Assembly (NCBI GenBank): GCA_902560705.1
Contig: CACEMW010000001.1
Coordinates: 20,606-84,605 of the forward strand
Source: an uncultured Verrucomicrobiota bacterium
GTDB taxonomy: Bacteria; Verrucomicrobiota; Verrucomicrobiia; Limisphaerales; AAA164-E04
Length of the DNA: 64,000 bases
Reading direction: 5' to 3'
Shown here piece by piece: positions 7,928 through 17,416 of the stretch. The translations under genes were made by a program, and so were the position numbers. A model generated the notes under the pieces. The model worked only from the letters and a program-made list of their open reading frames with translations. It did no database searches and had not been told where the DNA came from. Numbering within the stretch: the stretch's first letter is position 1; the number at the start of each line of letters is the position of its first letter.

Positions 7928-9109
7928 TCAGGAGCTTCTACTGTCTTTGAAACCGTAAACATGACCATCTTCGTCTCCGATGACCACCCATCCTTCTACG
8001 ACAGCGGGTGATCCGGTCAGAGGCTGACCAAGATCGATGGACTGAATTTCTTCTCCGTCTTCAAGCTTCAGTCGATAAAGCCGACCATCTTCAGACCCGA
8101 AAAGCACTTCACGCCCCCCAAGAATCACTGCAGAAGAGTCGACCTTCCCGCGGGTTGAAAATACCCACTTTTTGCTTCCCGTAAAACGATCCAAACAATG
8201 AAGCTGACGATCGCGGCCTCCAATGAGAACCGATGATTCGTAAATGGCAGGAGAAGAGTAGTATGGAAAATTTCGATTACGGTATTTCCAGCTAAGCGCG
8301 CCTTTCTCCAAATCAAAACACAGAAACTCGCTCTCGTAGTGCCCAACATAAACCAAGGCACCCTGCATGGCGGCGGACCCAGCGATATAGGCTCCAGCGT
8401 TAATTTCCTTGGTTTTCGACCCATTTTTCAAGTCAATCACATGGAGCAGGGCATCACAGCCCCCGAAGACCGTCTTGCCTTGCGAAATGGCGGGGCTGCC
8501 GTTGATGTAATTCCCCGTTTCGTAATCCCAAACCTTAGAACCGTCATTGCTGCGTATGCAATGAAGACGAAAGTCATAGCTTCCGACAATGATCCAGGGG
8601 TGCTCCTGATCGGGAAGTTGATACCAATTCGGTGCTCCAAGAATTTGGTCGTCTGTTTGATATTTCCATCGCACGCTCCCATCTTGAATCGAAAGACGGT
8701 ACAGTGCTCCATCTGCAGATCCGACAAAAACGCCATCCCCCAGAACCAAAGGCGAGCTTTCCACGGCACCTTCTGTTTTGAAGGCCCATTTCTTTTCCCC
8801 GGTTTCTAAATCGAGGGCGAACAAATGACCGTCATCACAGCCAACGAAGACCTGCCTACCAACGATGGCTGCAGAAGACTTGATCCCCCACTCTGCCTTG
8901 AAAACCCATGCCTCTTTTAGGTTGCCTTCGAGGGACGCTGGGCTCACTCCACTCAGCGACGGTTGTCCCCGATACATGGGCCATGAGGTTTGTGTCGCTA
9001 CCCCTGCGGTTTCAGCCACAACGAAATTCCGGGAAGCAGCCAAAACGACTGCAAGGGTGAGGCCCAGGCAGAAATGCGAGAGCAGTGGTATAAAATGATT
9101 TAGGCCCAT
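7928..9109 (-). CDS. PQQ-like beta-propeller repeat protein (BamB-like fold), secreted
   Basis: Repeated ...G.VFVG..DG.LYAL/..DG...W.. blades. I prefer the start MGLNHFIPLLSHFCLGLTLAVVLAA (signal peptide) at ATG 9109..9107. The track start at 9529 adds 140 aa with no coding character that I can see. Confidence 0.8.
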   Translation of the reverse strand: MGLNHFIPLLSHFCLGLTLAVVLAASRNFVVAETAGVATQTSWPMYRGQPSLSGVSPASLEGNLKEAWVFKAEWGIKSSAAIVGRQVFVGCDDGHLFALDLETGEKKWAFKTEGAVESSPLVLGDGVFVGSADGALYRLSIQDGSVRWKYQTDDQILGAPNWYQLPDQEHPWIIVGSYDFRLHCIRSNDGSKVWDYETGNYINGSPAISQGKTVFGGCDALLHVIDLKNGSKTKEINAGAYIAGSAAMQGALVYVGHYESEFLCFDLEKGALSWKYRNRNFPYYSSPAIYESSVLIGGRDRQLHCLDRFTGSKKWVFSTRGKVDSSAVILGGREVLFGSEDGRLYRLKLEDGEEIQSIDLGQPLTGSPAVVEGWVVIGDEDGHVYGFKDSRSS

Positions 9110-9126
9110 GACAATACTGTATTTAA

Positions 9127-9148
9127 AATAATACCTACACGTATTATT
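9127..9148. promoter_or_regulatory. Perfect 8-bp inverted repeat AATAATAC-N6-GTATTATT in a divergent intergenic region
   Basis: Read directly. It lies between the beta-propeller gene start (9109, minus) and the DUF971 start (9275, plus). Confidence 0.25.
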
Positions 9149-9274
9149 GCAATGGAAGAAATTACGCACCTCTTGCGGCAAGATCGATTCTTGGTATTCA
9201 ACAGGATACTTCATAACATATACAGAGCCTTTCATTGCCTTGATTGTGACCTGAGGGCATGCCATGGTTTGAGG

Positions 9275-9598
9275 ATGTTGCCCCTTAGGCCGGAAAAACT
9301 GGATTTGATCGGAAATGAAGTGGCTATCCGCTGGAATGACGGAAGCGAAGATTTTTTCTCCATGGAGGTTCTCCGGGCTGCTTCGCCAAGCGCTGAAAAC
9401 CAGGGCGAACCGGATCTCTTCGGGCACATGCACGGAGGCAGTGAGCAAACGGAGTTTCCCGGCGTGCGGGTGATTCATTGGCAGCCTGTGGGCGGTTATG
9501 CCATTCGCTTCGACTTCAGTGACGGACACCGCACAGGATTGTACAGTTTTGAGTATCTCAAGCGATTGGCTGTGGCCACAAGTGAGGCCTCTGAATAG
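9275..9598 (+). CDS. DUF971 (gamma-butyrobetaine hydroxylase N-terminal-like) domain protein
   Basis: VAIRWNDGSE...LRAASPSAENQGE...IRFDFSDGHRTGLYSFEYLKRL. I prefer the start at ATG 9275 (MLPLRPEKL). Confidence 0.7.
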   Translation: MLPLRPEKLDLIGNEVAIRWNDGSEDFFSMEVLRAASPSAENQGEPDLFGHMHGGSEQTEFPGVRVIHWQPVGGYAIRFDFSDGHRTGLYSFEYLKRLAVATSEASE

Positions 9599-9626
9599 AG
9601 TTCACGCTGCCCTGAAGCACCTTGAC

Positions 9627-11288
9627 TCAGATAGGGTCATACTTTTCACGAAACCTTTGGGCAATTGGCACCCTTCTGCCCATCCCAAACGCACGTGAGG
9701 TCACCTTCAACCCGGGAGCCGCCTGTCGACGCTTGTATTCATTGAGATCCATCAGCCTGATAATTTTTTCCACCAATGAGCGGTCATGCCCTTTGGCCAC
9801 AATGCTGTCGATCGACTGATGTTCCACCAGGTAATCCTCCAGTATAGCATCCAAGGTAGCGTAATCAGGCAAACTATCCTGATCCTTCTGGTCGTGGCGG
9901 AGTTCGGCTGAAGGAGGCTTTTCAATCGTTTCCCATGGAATGATTTCTTCCGCACGGTTGATCCATCGTGAAAGGCGGTAAACCATGGTCTTGGGGCAAT
10001 CACTGAGCACTGCCAGACCGCCACACATGTCTCCGTAGAGCGTGCAATAGCCCACAGCCAATTCACTTTTGTTGCCCGTGGTCAGCAAAAGGGATCCGAA
10101 TTTGTTGGAGAGTGCCATCAAGGTCGTGCCTCGAATCCTCGCCTGCAGGTTTTCCTCAGTCACATCCTCAGCCTTGTCTGCAAAGAGATGACTAAGGGAA
10201 CCCTTGATGACTTCAAACGCCGGTTCAATAGGAATCTCTTCGTAACGAATCCCCAATATTTCAGCTAATTTCGAGGCATCAGTGAGACTTCCTTTCGAGG
10301 AAAATCGAGTTGGCATGGCAACCCCCATGACATGTTCAGGCCCCAGCGCTTCCACCGCGATGACTGCCGTCAATGCCGAATCGATGCCACCGGAAAGCCC
10401 AAGCAGAACCGACTTAAATCCGCATTTATGGACATAGTCGCGTATCCCCAGACCCAATGCCTTGATAATCTGGCCTTCTTCGTCAAGGACATCCGGGCCA
10501 TCGGGTGGGGATGTCGTGGCTTGTTCTTGGGTATCCACCCATAGATGTTGAGCTTCAAATAACGGGGATCTGGCAACCATCCCCCTATTGGGATCCACAA
10601 ACATGCTACTACCATCGAAAATCAGCTCATCATTCCCTCCGACCATATTGACATAAAGAACCGGTAACCCTAGTTCACTGCTTTGTGCTTCAAACAATCG
10701 CTGGCGCATGGCTACCTTTCCAACCTGCCAGGGTGAAGCCGCAATATTGATGAGAAGACTCGCGCCCTGATCTTTAAGTTTCTCCAGGGGATTGTGACCG
10801 TAGTGCGACTCGTGAATCGCATAAGGATGGCTCCAGGCGTCCTCACAAATGGTCAATCCAAGGTGTTCCCCCATGAAGGCAATCGGAGTATTATCTCTGG
10901 CCGGTTCGAAATACCGATCTTCTTCAAAAACGTCATACGTTGGGAGACAGGTCTTATAACGCTTGGCGATTATTCTGCCTTTTTGCAGCAATACCGCCGC
11001 ATTGTAAAGCGGACGTCCGGCTCCACTTGCATTTCGATCAATGGTTCCCACGATTAGTCCCACAGACCCCGTTTGTTCGGCTATGGATTGAAGGTGGTTA
11101 AGGCTTTCATCGAGGAAATACGACTTGAGCAGCAAATCGCGCGGAGGATAGCCTGTTAAAACCATTTCGGGACAAATAACCAGATCCGCTCCTGCGCGTA
11201 TACCTTGGCCGTAGGCCTCCATGATTTTTGCCATATTACCGCCAAAATCACCAATGGTGGGGTTTACTTGAGCCAGTAAGCACTTCAC
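9627..11288 (-). CDS. nadE: Glutamine-dependent NAD+ synthetase
   Basis: N-terminal CN-hydrolase domain (LAQVNPTIGDF, ICPEM, ICEDAW) and C-terminal NAD synthase domain (LGLSGGIDSA). Probable GTG start at 11288 (VKCLLAQVNP). The track start at 11309 is TTG. Confidence 0.9.
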   Translation of the reverse strand: MKCLLAQVNPTIGDFGGNMAKIMEAYGQGIRAGADLVICPEMVLTGYPPRDLLLKSYFLDESLNHLQSIAEQTGSVGLIVGTIDRNASGAGRPLYNAAVLLQKGRIIAKRYKTCLPTYDVFEEDRYFEPARDNTPIAFMGEHLGLTICEDAWSHPYAIHESHYGHNPLEKLKDQGASLLINIAASPWQVGKVAMRQRLFEAQSSELGLPVLYVNMVGGNDELIFDGSSMFVDPNRGMVARSPLFEAQHLWVDTQEQATTSPPDGPDVLDEEGQIIKALGLGIRDYVHKCGFKSVLLGLSGGIDSALTAVIAVEALGPEHVMGVAMPTRFSSKGSLTDASKLAEILGIRYEEIPIEPAFEVIKGSLSHLFADKAEDVTEENLQARIRGTTLMALSNKFGSLLLTTGNKSELAVGYCTLYGDMCGGLAVLSDCPKTMVYRLSRWINRAEEIIPWETIEKPPSAELRHDQKDQDSLPDYATLDAILEDYLVEHQSIDSIVAKGHDRSLVEKIIRLMDLNEYKRRQAAPGLKVTSRAFGMGRRVPIAQRFREKYDPI

Positions 11289-11322
11289 ACAGCCATTCTC
11301 CTTATTCAAAATTAAACGTTGC

Positions 11323-11865
11323 CTAGCGTCCTACCAGGACTTGCTTAAGGGGTCCTTTTTCGCTGACGATCATGGTTCCTACTTGGATTCCCTGTTTCTT
11401 GAACCAACCTTGAGGCATCTCCAGAACGAACTGAACGTTGGCAGATTGGGCTGGAATGCTGGATGCATCGAGTGGCTTCATGTCGTGAAGTTCCAGGATG
11501 CGGCCGTCTGGGCCAATGTAGGCACAGGTAAGAGGCAGCAAAGTGTTTTTCATGTAGAAGGAGGTTTGATGAGGCGCGTTGAAAACGAAGAGCATACCTT
11601 CGTTCTCCCCCATATGTTCGCGGAACATCATGCCGGTGGCGATTTCCCTGACACTTCTGGCCAACTCAGCTGTGACGGTTTTATCAGCCAGGAACAATCG
11701 CATCGTGGGTAACTTAGGCTGGGCATGGTCCAGGTGAAGCACCGATGCCGCTTCTGCGACTTTGGCGTAAGGCTTCTGCTCTTCTCGCGCTGTTTGCTCC
11801 AAACCGCAGCCCAGGAGGGGCGGAAAGCTCAGAATAGCAAATAGACATAGCCTGTTGATTTGCAT
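11323..11865 (-). CDS. DUF192 domain lipoprotein
   Basis: GMMFR...GMLFVF...FYMKNTLLPL, with lipobox LLGC. An alternative start lies at 11880. Confidence 0.8.
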   Translation of the reverse strand: MQINRLCLFAILSFPPLLGCGLEQTAREEQKPYAKVAEAASVLHLDHAQPKLPTMRLFLADKTVTAELARSVREIATGMMFREHMGENEGMLFVFNAPHQTSFYMKNTLLPLTCAYIGPDGRILELHDMKPLDASSIPAQSANVQFVLEMPQGWFKKQGIQVGTMIVSEKGPLKQVLVGR

Positions 11866-11948
11866 GTCGCCATTGATCATTCAAACAACAGAATTTGTCA
11901 ATGGATCCCTGTTGGCAGGCCCTTATTTGAGAGGAAGTTCCCCCGCCC

Positions 11949-14372
11949 TCACGGAGTCCTAGTGACCACACCCAAACTGAGGTTGGCGAAAGAGCCGCTC
12001 CCGCTGTGAATCCACTCACCTTGTCGGACCATGAATTCCGTCCCGGAGGCGACCTCCTGAGGAATGCCGATGGATGTAGCTTCCGAATCCATGGAAAGAA
12101 AATGTTCAAACACTTCACTACCGGGCGGCTTTTGGTAAAGGTGAATCTTTTCAGGGTGATCGAGTTGAGGCCCGCCCCACGCTAGATATCTCTGACCTTC
12201 TGAAAAAAGAATCTTAACATCATCCAAAGGAGGGGTCACGTGACACCTGAGAGAAGGGTCTCCCAAAAAAGCCATGGCCCTGGAAGCACCCTTTTCCGAA
12301 CCATTCACTGAGGCCAACAAGACCTCACCCAGGCAAGCACCTAGGCCAAGACGCCCCAGATTCCAAGGCCCTGCCATGGTACTGAAGACCCCAAGAGGTC
12401 CATCGTTGGATGAGAGACATGCTTTCATGAAACCATCGGTCTGATTCCAATCGGCATGCCACGATGAATAAAGTGCAAGAAAACCAACATCTGCAGCCAT
12501 AGTGGAACCCTTAAAATCCTTGGTTTCAATCAGGCCTTCCCCAGCTTGCAAAGATTGGATACCCCCATAACCACTGACGAACCCCCAAAGCGATCGGTTC
12601 CCTTTGGTAAAAATTCTCCCGCTTCTCAGCCTGCCGTAGTCGCAACCATAAGTCGCCCAACCAGAAGCGGCAGCGGTAGAAATGATTTTTTGGTTCATGA
12701 TGGGTGACAAGGTGGCATCCACGATGGTTTCCATCGCAAAGTTCAGGCGCTTATTCCGGTAAAGAATATTTTTCCCGAGATACTCCTTCAAAAGCTTGAT
12801 TTCCAGGTTCGACTGTTTCTTATCTGAACGCACCAAACGACTTTCGAGCAGCGATGGCATATTGGCAAAATCAACACGGCCGACGCCCACCTCCAAAAGA
12901 GTCGGCGTTAAGTCCTGATCGAATTTACCATCCCCAGGTAGGTTGCTGTTAAGTCGCGAGGTCTGATTCATGTGCGATACGGAATGATCCGTCCAAACCC
13001 CATCAAGGTCTCCGTAATAAATGTCGCAAGGCCAAGCGCCACGGTGATCATCCTGAGGACGTGTATGACCATCCAGTGCCCTAAAGCCTGAATAAGGAAC
13101 CGGCACGTGCCCAAGCAAAAGCAGTAGGCGTGTTTGATGAATCTGATGACTCAGGTGGGATTGCACAAGACCCTTGACGCGTGAAATAAGCGGAGGATTG
13201 CGTGACCAGTCACGGTCATCATGCCTGGGGGATGGGGCTACCAAAACCTGCCAGCCTTCGCGCTCTAGTGTCCGGGAATAAAGCTCCAATTCGACTTGAA
13301 GCTTCTGTGCCAAAGTTTCATCGACCAGTATCAGGATGGTTCCGGGGTGCAAATTGCCAGGCAAGGCATAGCCCACAGCCAGATCTCTGAGACGCTCTTT
13401 TCCGGAACGAGACTGGACCTGATATTGATAGATCTGGCCTTTTTGCAAAGCCGCAGCAAAATCTTGATAATAAAACCCCTTCAATTCGGTTTTCAGCAAG
13501 GTCCAGCGGCTCTGGCCTTGAGGACGCCTGCGAATGGCAAAGGGGCCATCCAACGTCGGTGGCCAGCTTAAATGAATAGAGGACTGCTTGTCATCGACTC
13601 GAGCACTCATCGACCACTGACTGGATTCCAATTCCACCTGTTTGAGCGGAAAATTGAACCATTGAACCTCATCCAGGATGCCCCCGACAGGCTGGTTTCC
13701 CTTGGGGGCGTTCCCAATAGAAAGACCTGTGTCTGAAAGTGCTCGGGCGGGGGGGAGAAACGAAACCCCTTGTCCGGGGCCATGGGTGACCCCGTCCACG
13801 TGAACCCATGTTCCCTCAGGAGCATAACTAACAGCTATTTCCACCCACCGATCCTTTTCAAACTGAATCGGTGCCGCGATCAGAGTCTCTCCTCGCGTGG
13901 TCGATTGGATTCCCAGCTGCAACTGCTTTCCGGTGGGATCCATGGTGATGCCCCAATAGCCTGTCATATCAGGCGGGACCTTCCACTGCCCAAAACCCGC
14001 CAGAGTGGCATGCCGGCCAGGCCCCTGCCCACTTGTCCAATCGGGTTTGAAAAAGCATTTGAAAGTACCCCGAAGAAACGCGGCAGTTGGGGCCGTGGTC
14101 TGTGTCGCTTGAAGCAAGATGCCATCCATGGCTTCGCGAGAGACCAACCCCTGACCGGTCATTCCGGAGGTATGAAGATTCGCAAGCGTTCCTTTAGTTA
14201 CATCGATCCATGTTTGTTCCCGCATGGGTGCGGGTTGAATCAATGTATCAAATCCGAGGTGCAGCGTGGCGCCTGGCATTCCAGCCGTTTCCTGGCTGGA
14301 GACCGAAGTCATCCATGATAGGAAACATCCCAGGCAAAACCACACCATTGTGCGTGACTTCCAATCACTCAT
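11949..14372 (-). CDS. Large secreted protein: LamG/ConA-like domain, FN3-like domain and a C-terminal region reminiscent of gingipain (C25)-type folds
   Basis: Signal peptide MVWFCLGCFLSWMTSVSS. LamG-like WVEIAVSYAPEGTWVHVDGV. FN3-like SIHLSWPP...YQYQVQS. ILILVDETLAQKLQVELELYSRTLEREGWQV and LLLLGHVPVPYSG. The C25 assignment is weak. Confidence 0.6.
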   Translation of the reverse strand: MSDWKSRTMVWFCLGCFLSWMTSVSSQETAGMPGATLHLGFDTLIQPAPMREQTWIDVTKGTLANLHTSGMTGQGLVSREAMDGILLQATQTTAPTAAFLRGTFKCFFKPDWTSGQGPGRHATLAGFGQWKVPPDMTGYWGITMDPTGKQLQLGIQSTTRGETLIAAPIQFEKDRWVEIAVSYAPEGTWVHVDGVTHGPGQGVSFLPPARALSDTGLSIGNAPKGNQPVGGILDEVQWFNFPLKQVELESSQWSMSARVDDKQSSIHLSWPPTLDGPFAIRRRPQGQSRWTLLKTELKGFYYQDFAAALQKGQIYQYQVQSRSGKERLRDLAVGYALPGNLHPGTILILVDETLAQKLQVELELYSRTLEREGWQVLVAPSPRHDDRDWSRNPPLISRVKGLVQSHLSHQIHQTRLLLLLGHVPVPYSGFRALDGHTRPQDDHRGAWPCDIYYGDLDGVWTDHSVSHMNQTSRLNSNLPGDGKFDQDLTPTLLEVGVGRVDFANMPSLLESRLVRSDKKQSNLEIKLLKEYLGKNILYRNKRLNFAMETIVDATLSPIMNQKIISTAAASGWATYGCDYGRLRSGRIFTKGNRSLWGFVSGYGGIQSLQAGEGLIETKDFKGSTMAADVGFLALYSSWHADWNQTDGFMKACLSSNDGPLGVFSTMAGPWNLGRLGLGACLGEVLLASVNGSEKGASRAMAFLGDPSLRCHVTPPLDDVKILFSEGQRYLAWGGPQLDHPEKIHLYQKPPGSEVFEHFLSMDSEATSIGIPQEVASGTEFMVRQGEWIHSGSGSFANLSLGVVTRTP

Positions 14373-14552
14373 GCCGTGGACGGTCTTTCTGCTGTGAAGG
14401 CAAGTTGCTCATTTCAAAAGTGTGACGCTTTTCTAACTGCTGTTAAAGTCTATCGGCAGAAATATGCGGTTTCTGAACTCAATCTATCAAACGTCAAAAA
14501 AATCTCAATCGGTATTGAATTGCCACCGGAACCGTGCAAAGTCTAAATAATC

Positions 14553-16775
14553 ATGATGTTCCTGCGCAAAACAACCCTCATGGTCCTCGCCTTTTGGACT
14601 GTGAATTCACTGCTTGGACTGGAACTGAGCATGCGGCAGAGTGGCAAAATCACCGAGGTGGTAGGCCAAGTGTTGAGCCAAAGCCACTTACGACAAAAAT
14701 GGCTCGACAATGAACTTTCAGAAATCTTCTTCGACAACTACCTCGATGCCCTGGACTTGAATCACCAGATATTTTTGCAGTCCGATATTGATGAATTTGC
14801 CGAAAAATATCGTACACAACTTGATGATTTCACCATTGGCATCCTGGACCAGAAGAGAGTCCCCAATGCAGCACCGGCTTTCGAGATTTTTGATCGTTTC
14901 AAACTCCGTTTGGCTGAGCGACGCGAAGTCATCGATGAACTTCTCCAGCAGGAATACTCCTTTGATGTGGAAGATGCGATACAGGTCAAGCGCGCAGAGG
15001 AGCCTTGGCCCAGCACTGCCGAAGAGGCGAGAGATCTATGGCGTTTGAGAATCAAATATGATCTGTTGCAGGGGCGCATGGGCAAGGAGGATCTCTACGA
15101 TGTCAAGGAGCGCCTCTCCAAACGCTATGACCGCTTGGTCAAAGATTACAACATGCTGGAGCCTGACGAAATCCTGCAAATTTACCTGACGAGTCTCGCG
15201 AGTGCCTACGATCCGCACTCCGATTACATGAGCCCATCCACAGCGGATGATTTTTATATCAAGAATGTCAATAACGAGCTCACCGGCATCGGAGCCCTCC
15301 TGCGCAGCAATGAAGGGTATTGCCAAATAGTCAGCCTGGTTCCTGGTGGCCCAGCAGACAAAAGCAAGCAGATCAAACCTGGCGATAAGATAATCGCAGT
15401 AGCACAAGGAGAAGAAGAAGCCGTCGACGTGGTCGAAATGAAGCTTAACAAGGTCGTTCAAATGATCCGTGGCGAGCTCAGCACCCGGGTTCGATTAACC
15501 ATCATTCCCGCCAAATCAGTCGATGGATCCGGCACAAAAGAGGTTGTCCTACTCCGAGATCGCATCGAGCTGAAGGACCAATTCGCAAAGGCGCGAATCA
15601 TCACCATGAAGGATGAAAAGGGAGTGTCCCGTCGTCTTGGCGTTCTTACCGTGCCCCAATACTACGAAAATGTCGCCTCGGACACCGCCAAGCTGCTCAA
15701 GAGGCTGGACAAGGAGCAAGTCGAAGGCATTGCCTTGGATCTGCGCAAAAATGGAGGGGGGATTCTTCCAGAGGCGGTTGCCCTTACGGGATTGTTTATT
15801 CCTAAGGGCCCTGTCGTCCAGGTTCAGAATTACGCCAAACAAAAGAAGATTTTGGAGGATGAAGATCCCAGCACTATTTACGGTGGCCCCTTGGTGGTCA
15901 TGGTCAGTCAACTCAGTGCCTCTGCAGCAGAAATTACCGCTGCAGCCCTTCAAGACTACCAGAGAGCGGTGATCGTCGGCGATCAATCCACCCATGGTAA
16001 AGGTACTGTCCAAACCCTGATGGAATTGAATCGATTCAAGGGTACACCCCAGCAAAGTGGCATGCTCAAATACACCATTCAAAAATTTTATCGTATCGCT
16101 GGAGGAACCACCCAGAAGCATGGTGTGACTCCGGATGTCATCCTGCCTTCCATTTACGATTACATGGAACTCGGCGAAGCGAACCTTCCCAGAAGCCTGG
16201 AGCCTGACATCATCGACGCAGCATCCTACCAATCATTGGACAGGGTGACGCCCATCATTGAAACCCTCAAAGAGGCTTCCGAATTTCGCATCCGGGAGGA
16301 CAAGGACTTTCAATACATTCTGGACGACATTGAAAGATACAAGGAAGTCAAGAAGCGCAAGACCGTCAGCCTCAGAGAGCAAGACCGTATCGACGAAAAA
16401 GAAGAGGAAAAGGTTCGCAACAAATCGCGTCAGCGCGAAAGGCAGGCCAGAAGGTTTCCCGGGCTGAAGATTCACCGTATCACCATGGATGATGTCCGCA
16501 ATGAATCCCCAGCGGTGTTGCTTTTCGACGGTGACGATCCAGCATCCTACCCCGAAGTGGTTGAAGACGAGGAAAACGATGCGGAAGATTCTCTCGACCA
16601 GGCAGACGAGATCGATGAGGAAAGTTATGTCGGCGAAGACGAGGAAGAGCAGGATAAGCGCCTGGATGCCTACACCAGAGAAGGCTTGCACATCTTGCGC
16701 CACCTAATTGATGCGGGCGGCATGGCATCGCAAAAGGCTTCCACTGAGGCCCTTTCCTCCAACCTTGCTAACTAA
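14553..16775 (+). CDS. prc: Tail-specific (C-terminal processing) peptidase, family S41
   Basis: A PDZ-containing S41 layout with DLRKNGGG, VSQLSASAAE (Ser) and THGKGT (Lys). It also carries a long acidic C-terminal tail. Confidence 0.88.
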   Translation: MMFLRKTTLMVLAFWTVNSLLGLELSMRQSGKITEVVGQVLSQSHLRQKWLDNELSEIFFDNYLDALDLNHQIFLQSDIDEFAEKYRTQLDDFTIGILDQKRVPNAAPAFEIFDRFKLRLAERREVIDELLQQEYSFDVEDAIQVKRAEEPWPSTAEEARDLWRLRIKYDLLQGRMGKEDLYDVKERLSKRYDRLVKDYNMLEPDEILQIYLTSLASAYDPHSDYMSPSTADDFYIKNVNNELTGIGALLRSNEGYCQIVSLVPGGPADKSKQIKPGDKIIAVAQGEEEAVDVVEMKLNKVVQMIRGELSTRVRLTIIPAKSVDGSGTKEVVLLRDRIELKDQFAKARIITMKDEKGVSRRLGVLTVPQYYENVASDTAKLLKRLDKEQVEGIALDLRKNGGGILPEAVALTGLFIPKGPVVQVQNYAKQKKILEDEDPSTIYGGPLVVMVSQLSASAAEITAAALQDYQRAVIVGDQSTHGKGTVQTLMELNRFKGTPQQSGMLKYTIQKFYRIAGGTTQKHGVTPDVILPSIYDYMELGEANLPRSLEPDIIDAASYQSLDRVTPIIETLKEASEFRIREDKDFQYILDDIERYKEVKKRKTVSLREQDRIDEKEEEKVRNKSRQRERQARRFPGLKIHRITMDDVRNESPAVLLFDGDDPASYPEVVEDEENDAEDSLDQADEIDEESYVGEDEEEQDKRLDAYTREGLHILRHLIDAGGMASQKASTEALSSNLAN

Positions 16776-16784
16776 TGGCCTATT

Positions 16785-16804
16785 AGGGTTGCCAAAACAA
16801 CCCT
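16785..16804 (+). other. Perfect 7-bp stem hairpin (AGGGTTG-CCAAAA-CAACCCT) between the prc stop and the next start
   Basis: Read directly from the sequence. There is no T-run. It ends 3 nt before ATG 16808. Confidence 0.3.
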
Positions 16805-16807
16805 GCC

Positions 16808-17377
16808 ATGGGCATATTTGCGAGCGTTATGAGCAAGGTAATCAGGGGACCGGTGTATGTCGTTCAAGACAACATTGACACAGACCAGATCATTCCAGCG
16901 CAATATCTCAACCTCATTCCTACCATTGCAGAGGAATACGAAAAGTTGGGGAGCTACGCATTGTGCGGATTGCCTGACTCTCTCTACAACCAACGCTACG
17001 TAGAGGAAGGCAAGCTTGATAGCCACTACCCTATCGTGGTCGCCGGACGTAATTTTGGCTGTGGAAGCTCCCGGGAACATGCCCCCATCGCGATGGGTTC
17101 TGCGGATTGTCAGCTTGTTCTTGCAGAGAGTTTTGCCCGTATTTTTTTCCGCAACTGTGTGGCCACGGGTGAGCTTTATCCCTGTGAATGCGCGGAACGA
17201 CTGTGTGAGATACTACAAACGGGGGATGTGATATCAGTCGATCTCGATGCCTGTCAGATCGAAGTAGAAACTACTGGAAAGACTTACACGTTCAAACCTT
17301 TGGGAGATGTACGCGCCGTGGTCGATGCTGGCGGACTCTTCAATTACGCGCGGGAACATGACATGATTTCAAGTTGA
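16808..17377 (+). CDS. 3-isopropylmalate dehydratase small subunit-like (aconitase swivel domain) protein
   Basis: NIDTDQIIPAQYL and GRNFGCGSSREHAP. There is no large-subunit gene in the window. Confidence 0.8.
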   Translation: MGIFASVMSKVIRGPVYVVQDNIDTDQIIPAQYLNLIPTIAEEYEKLGSYALCGLPDSLYNQRYVEEGKLDSHYPIVVAGRNFGCGSSREHAPIAMGSADCQLVLAESFARIFFRNCVATGELYPCECAERLCEILQTGDVISVDLDACQIEVETTGKTYTFKPLGDVRAVVDAGGLFNYAREHDMISS

Positions 17378-17416
17378 GGCCTAAGTCTCACCACCTCGTC
17401 CACTACCTTGCCTGGG

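Noticed and set aside
9110-9529. A 140-aa N-terminal extension of the beta-propeller ORF in the track (start 9529). Similar long-start artefacts affect the track ORFs starting at 47385 (plus strand) and at 4749, 40228, 41348, 30278 and 54949 (minus strand).
   Set aside because: Internal ATGs give canonical N-termini, such as signal peptides, Rossmann starts or operon-coupled ATGA overlaps. The extensions overlap neighbouring genes or divergent promoter regions.
9275-9598. The DUF971 protein has SPSAEN where zinc-binding family members have CPCxxC. I considered this as a possible loss-of-metal-site novelty.
   Set aside because: As far as I recall, an LR..SPSAE..G variant is a common and widespread DUF971 subfamily, so it is probably not unusual. 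It would need an alignment to say more.
15549-16232. Long antisense ORFs opposite well-supported genes. Examples are 15549..16232 opposite prc, 21798..22556 opposite serA, 7090..7788 opposite the HemN-like gene, 44048..44827 opposite the TPR gene, 29418..30215 opposite the MFP, 32099..32635 opposite dnaK and 13770..14318 opposite the LamG protein.
   Set aside because: Each lies entirely inside a gene on the other strand that has strong family motifs. Their translations are low-complexity or Arg/Ser/Gly/His-rich with no motifs. This is the typical shadow-ORF behaviour of moderately GC-rich coding DNA.
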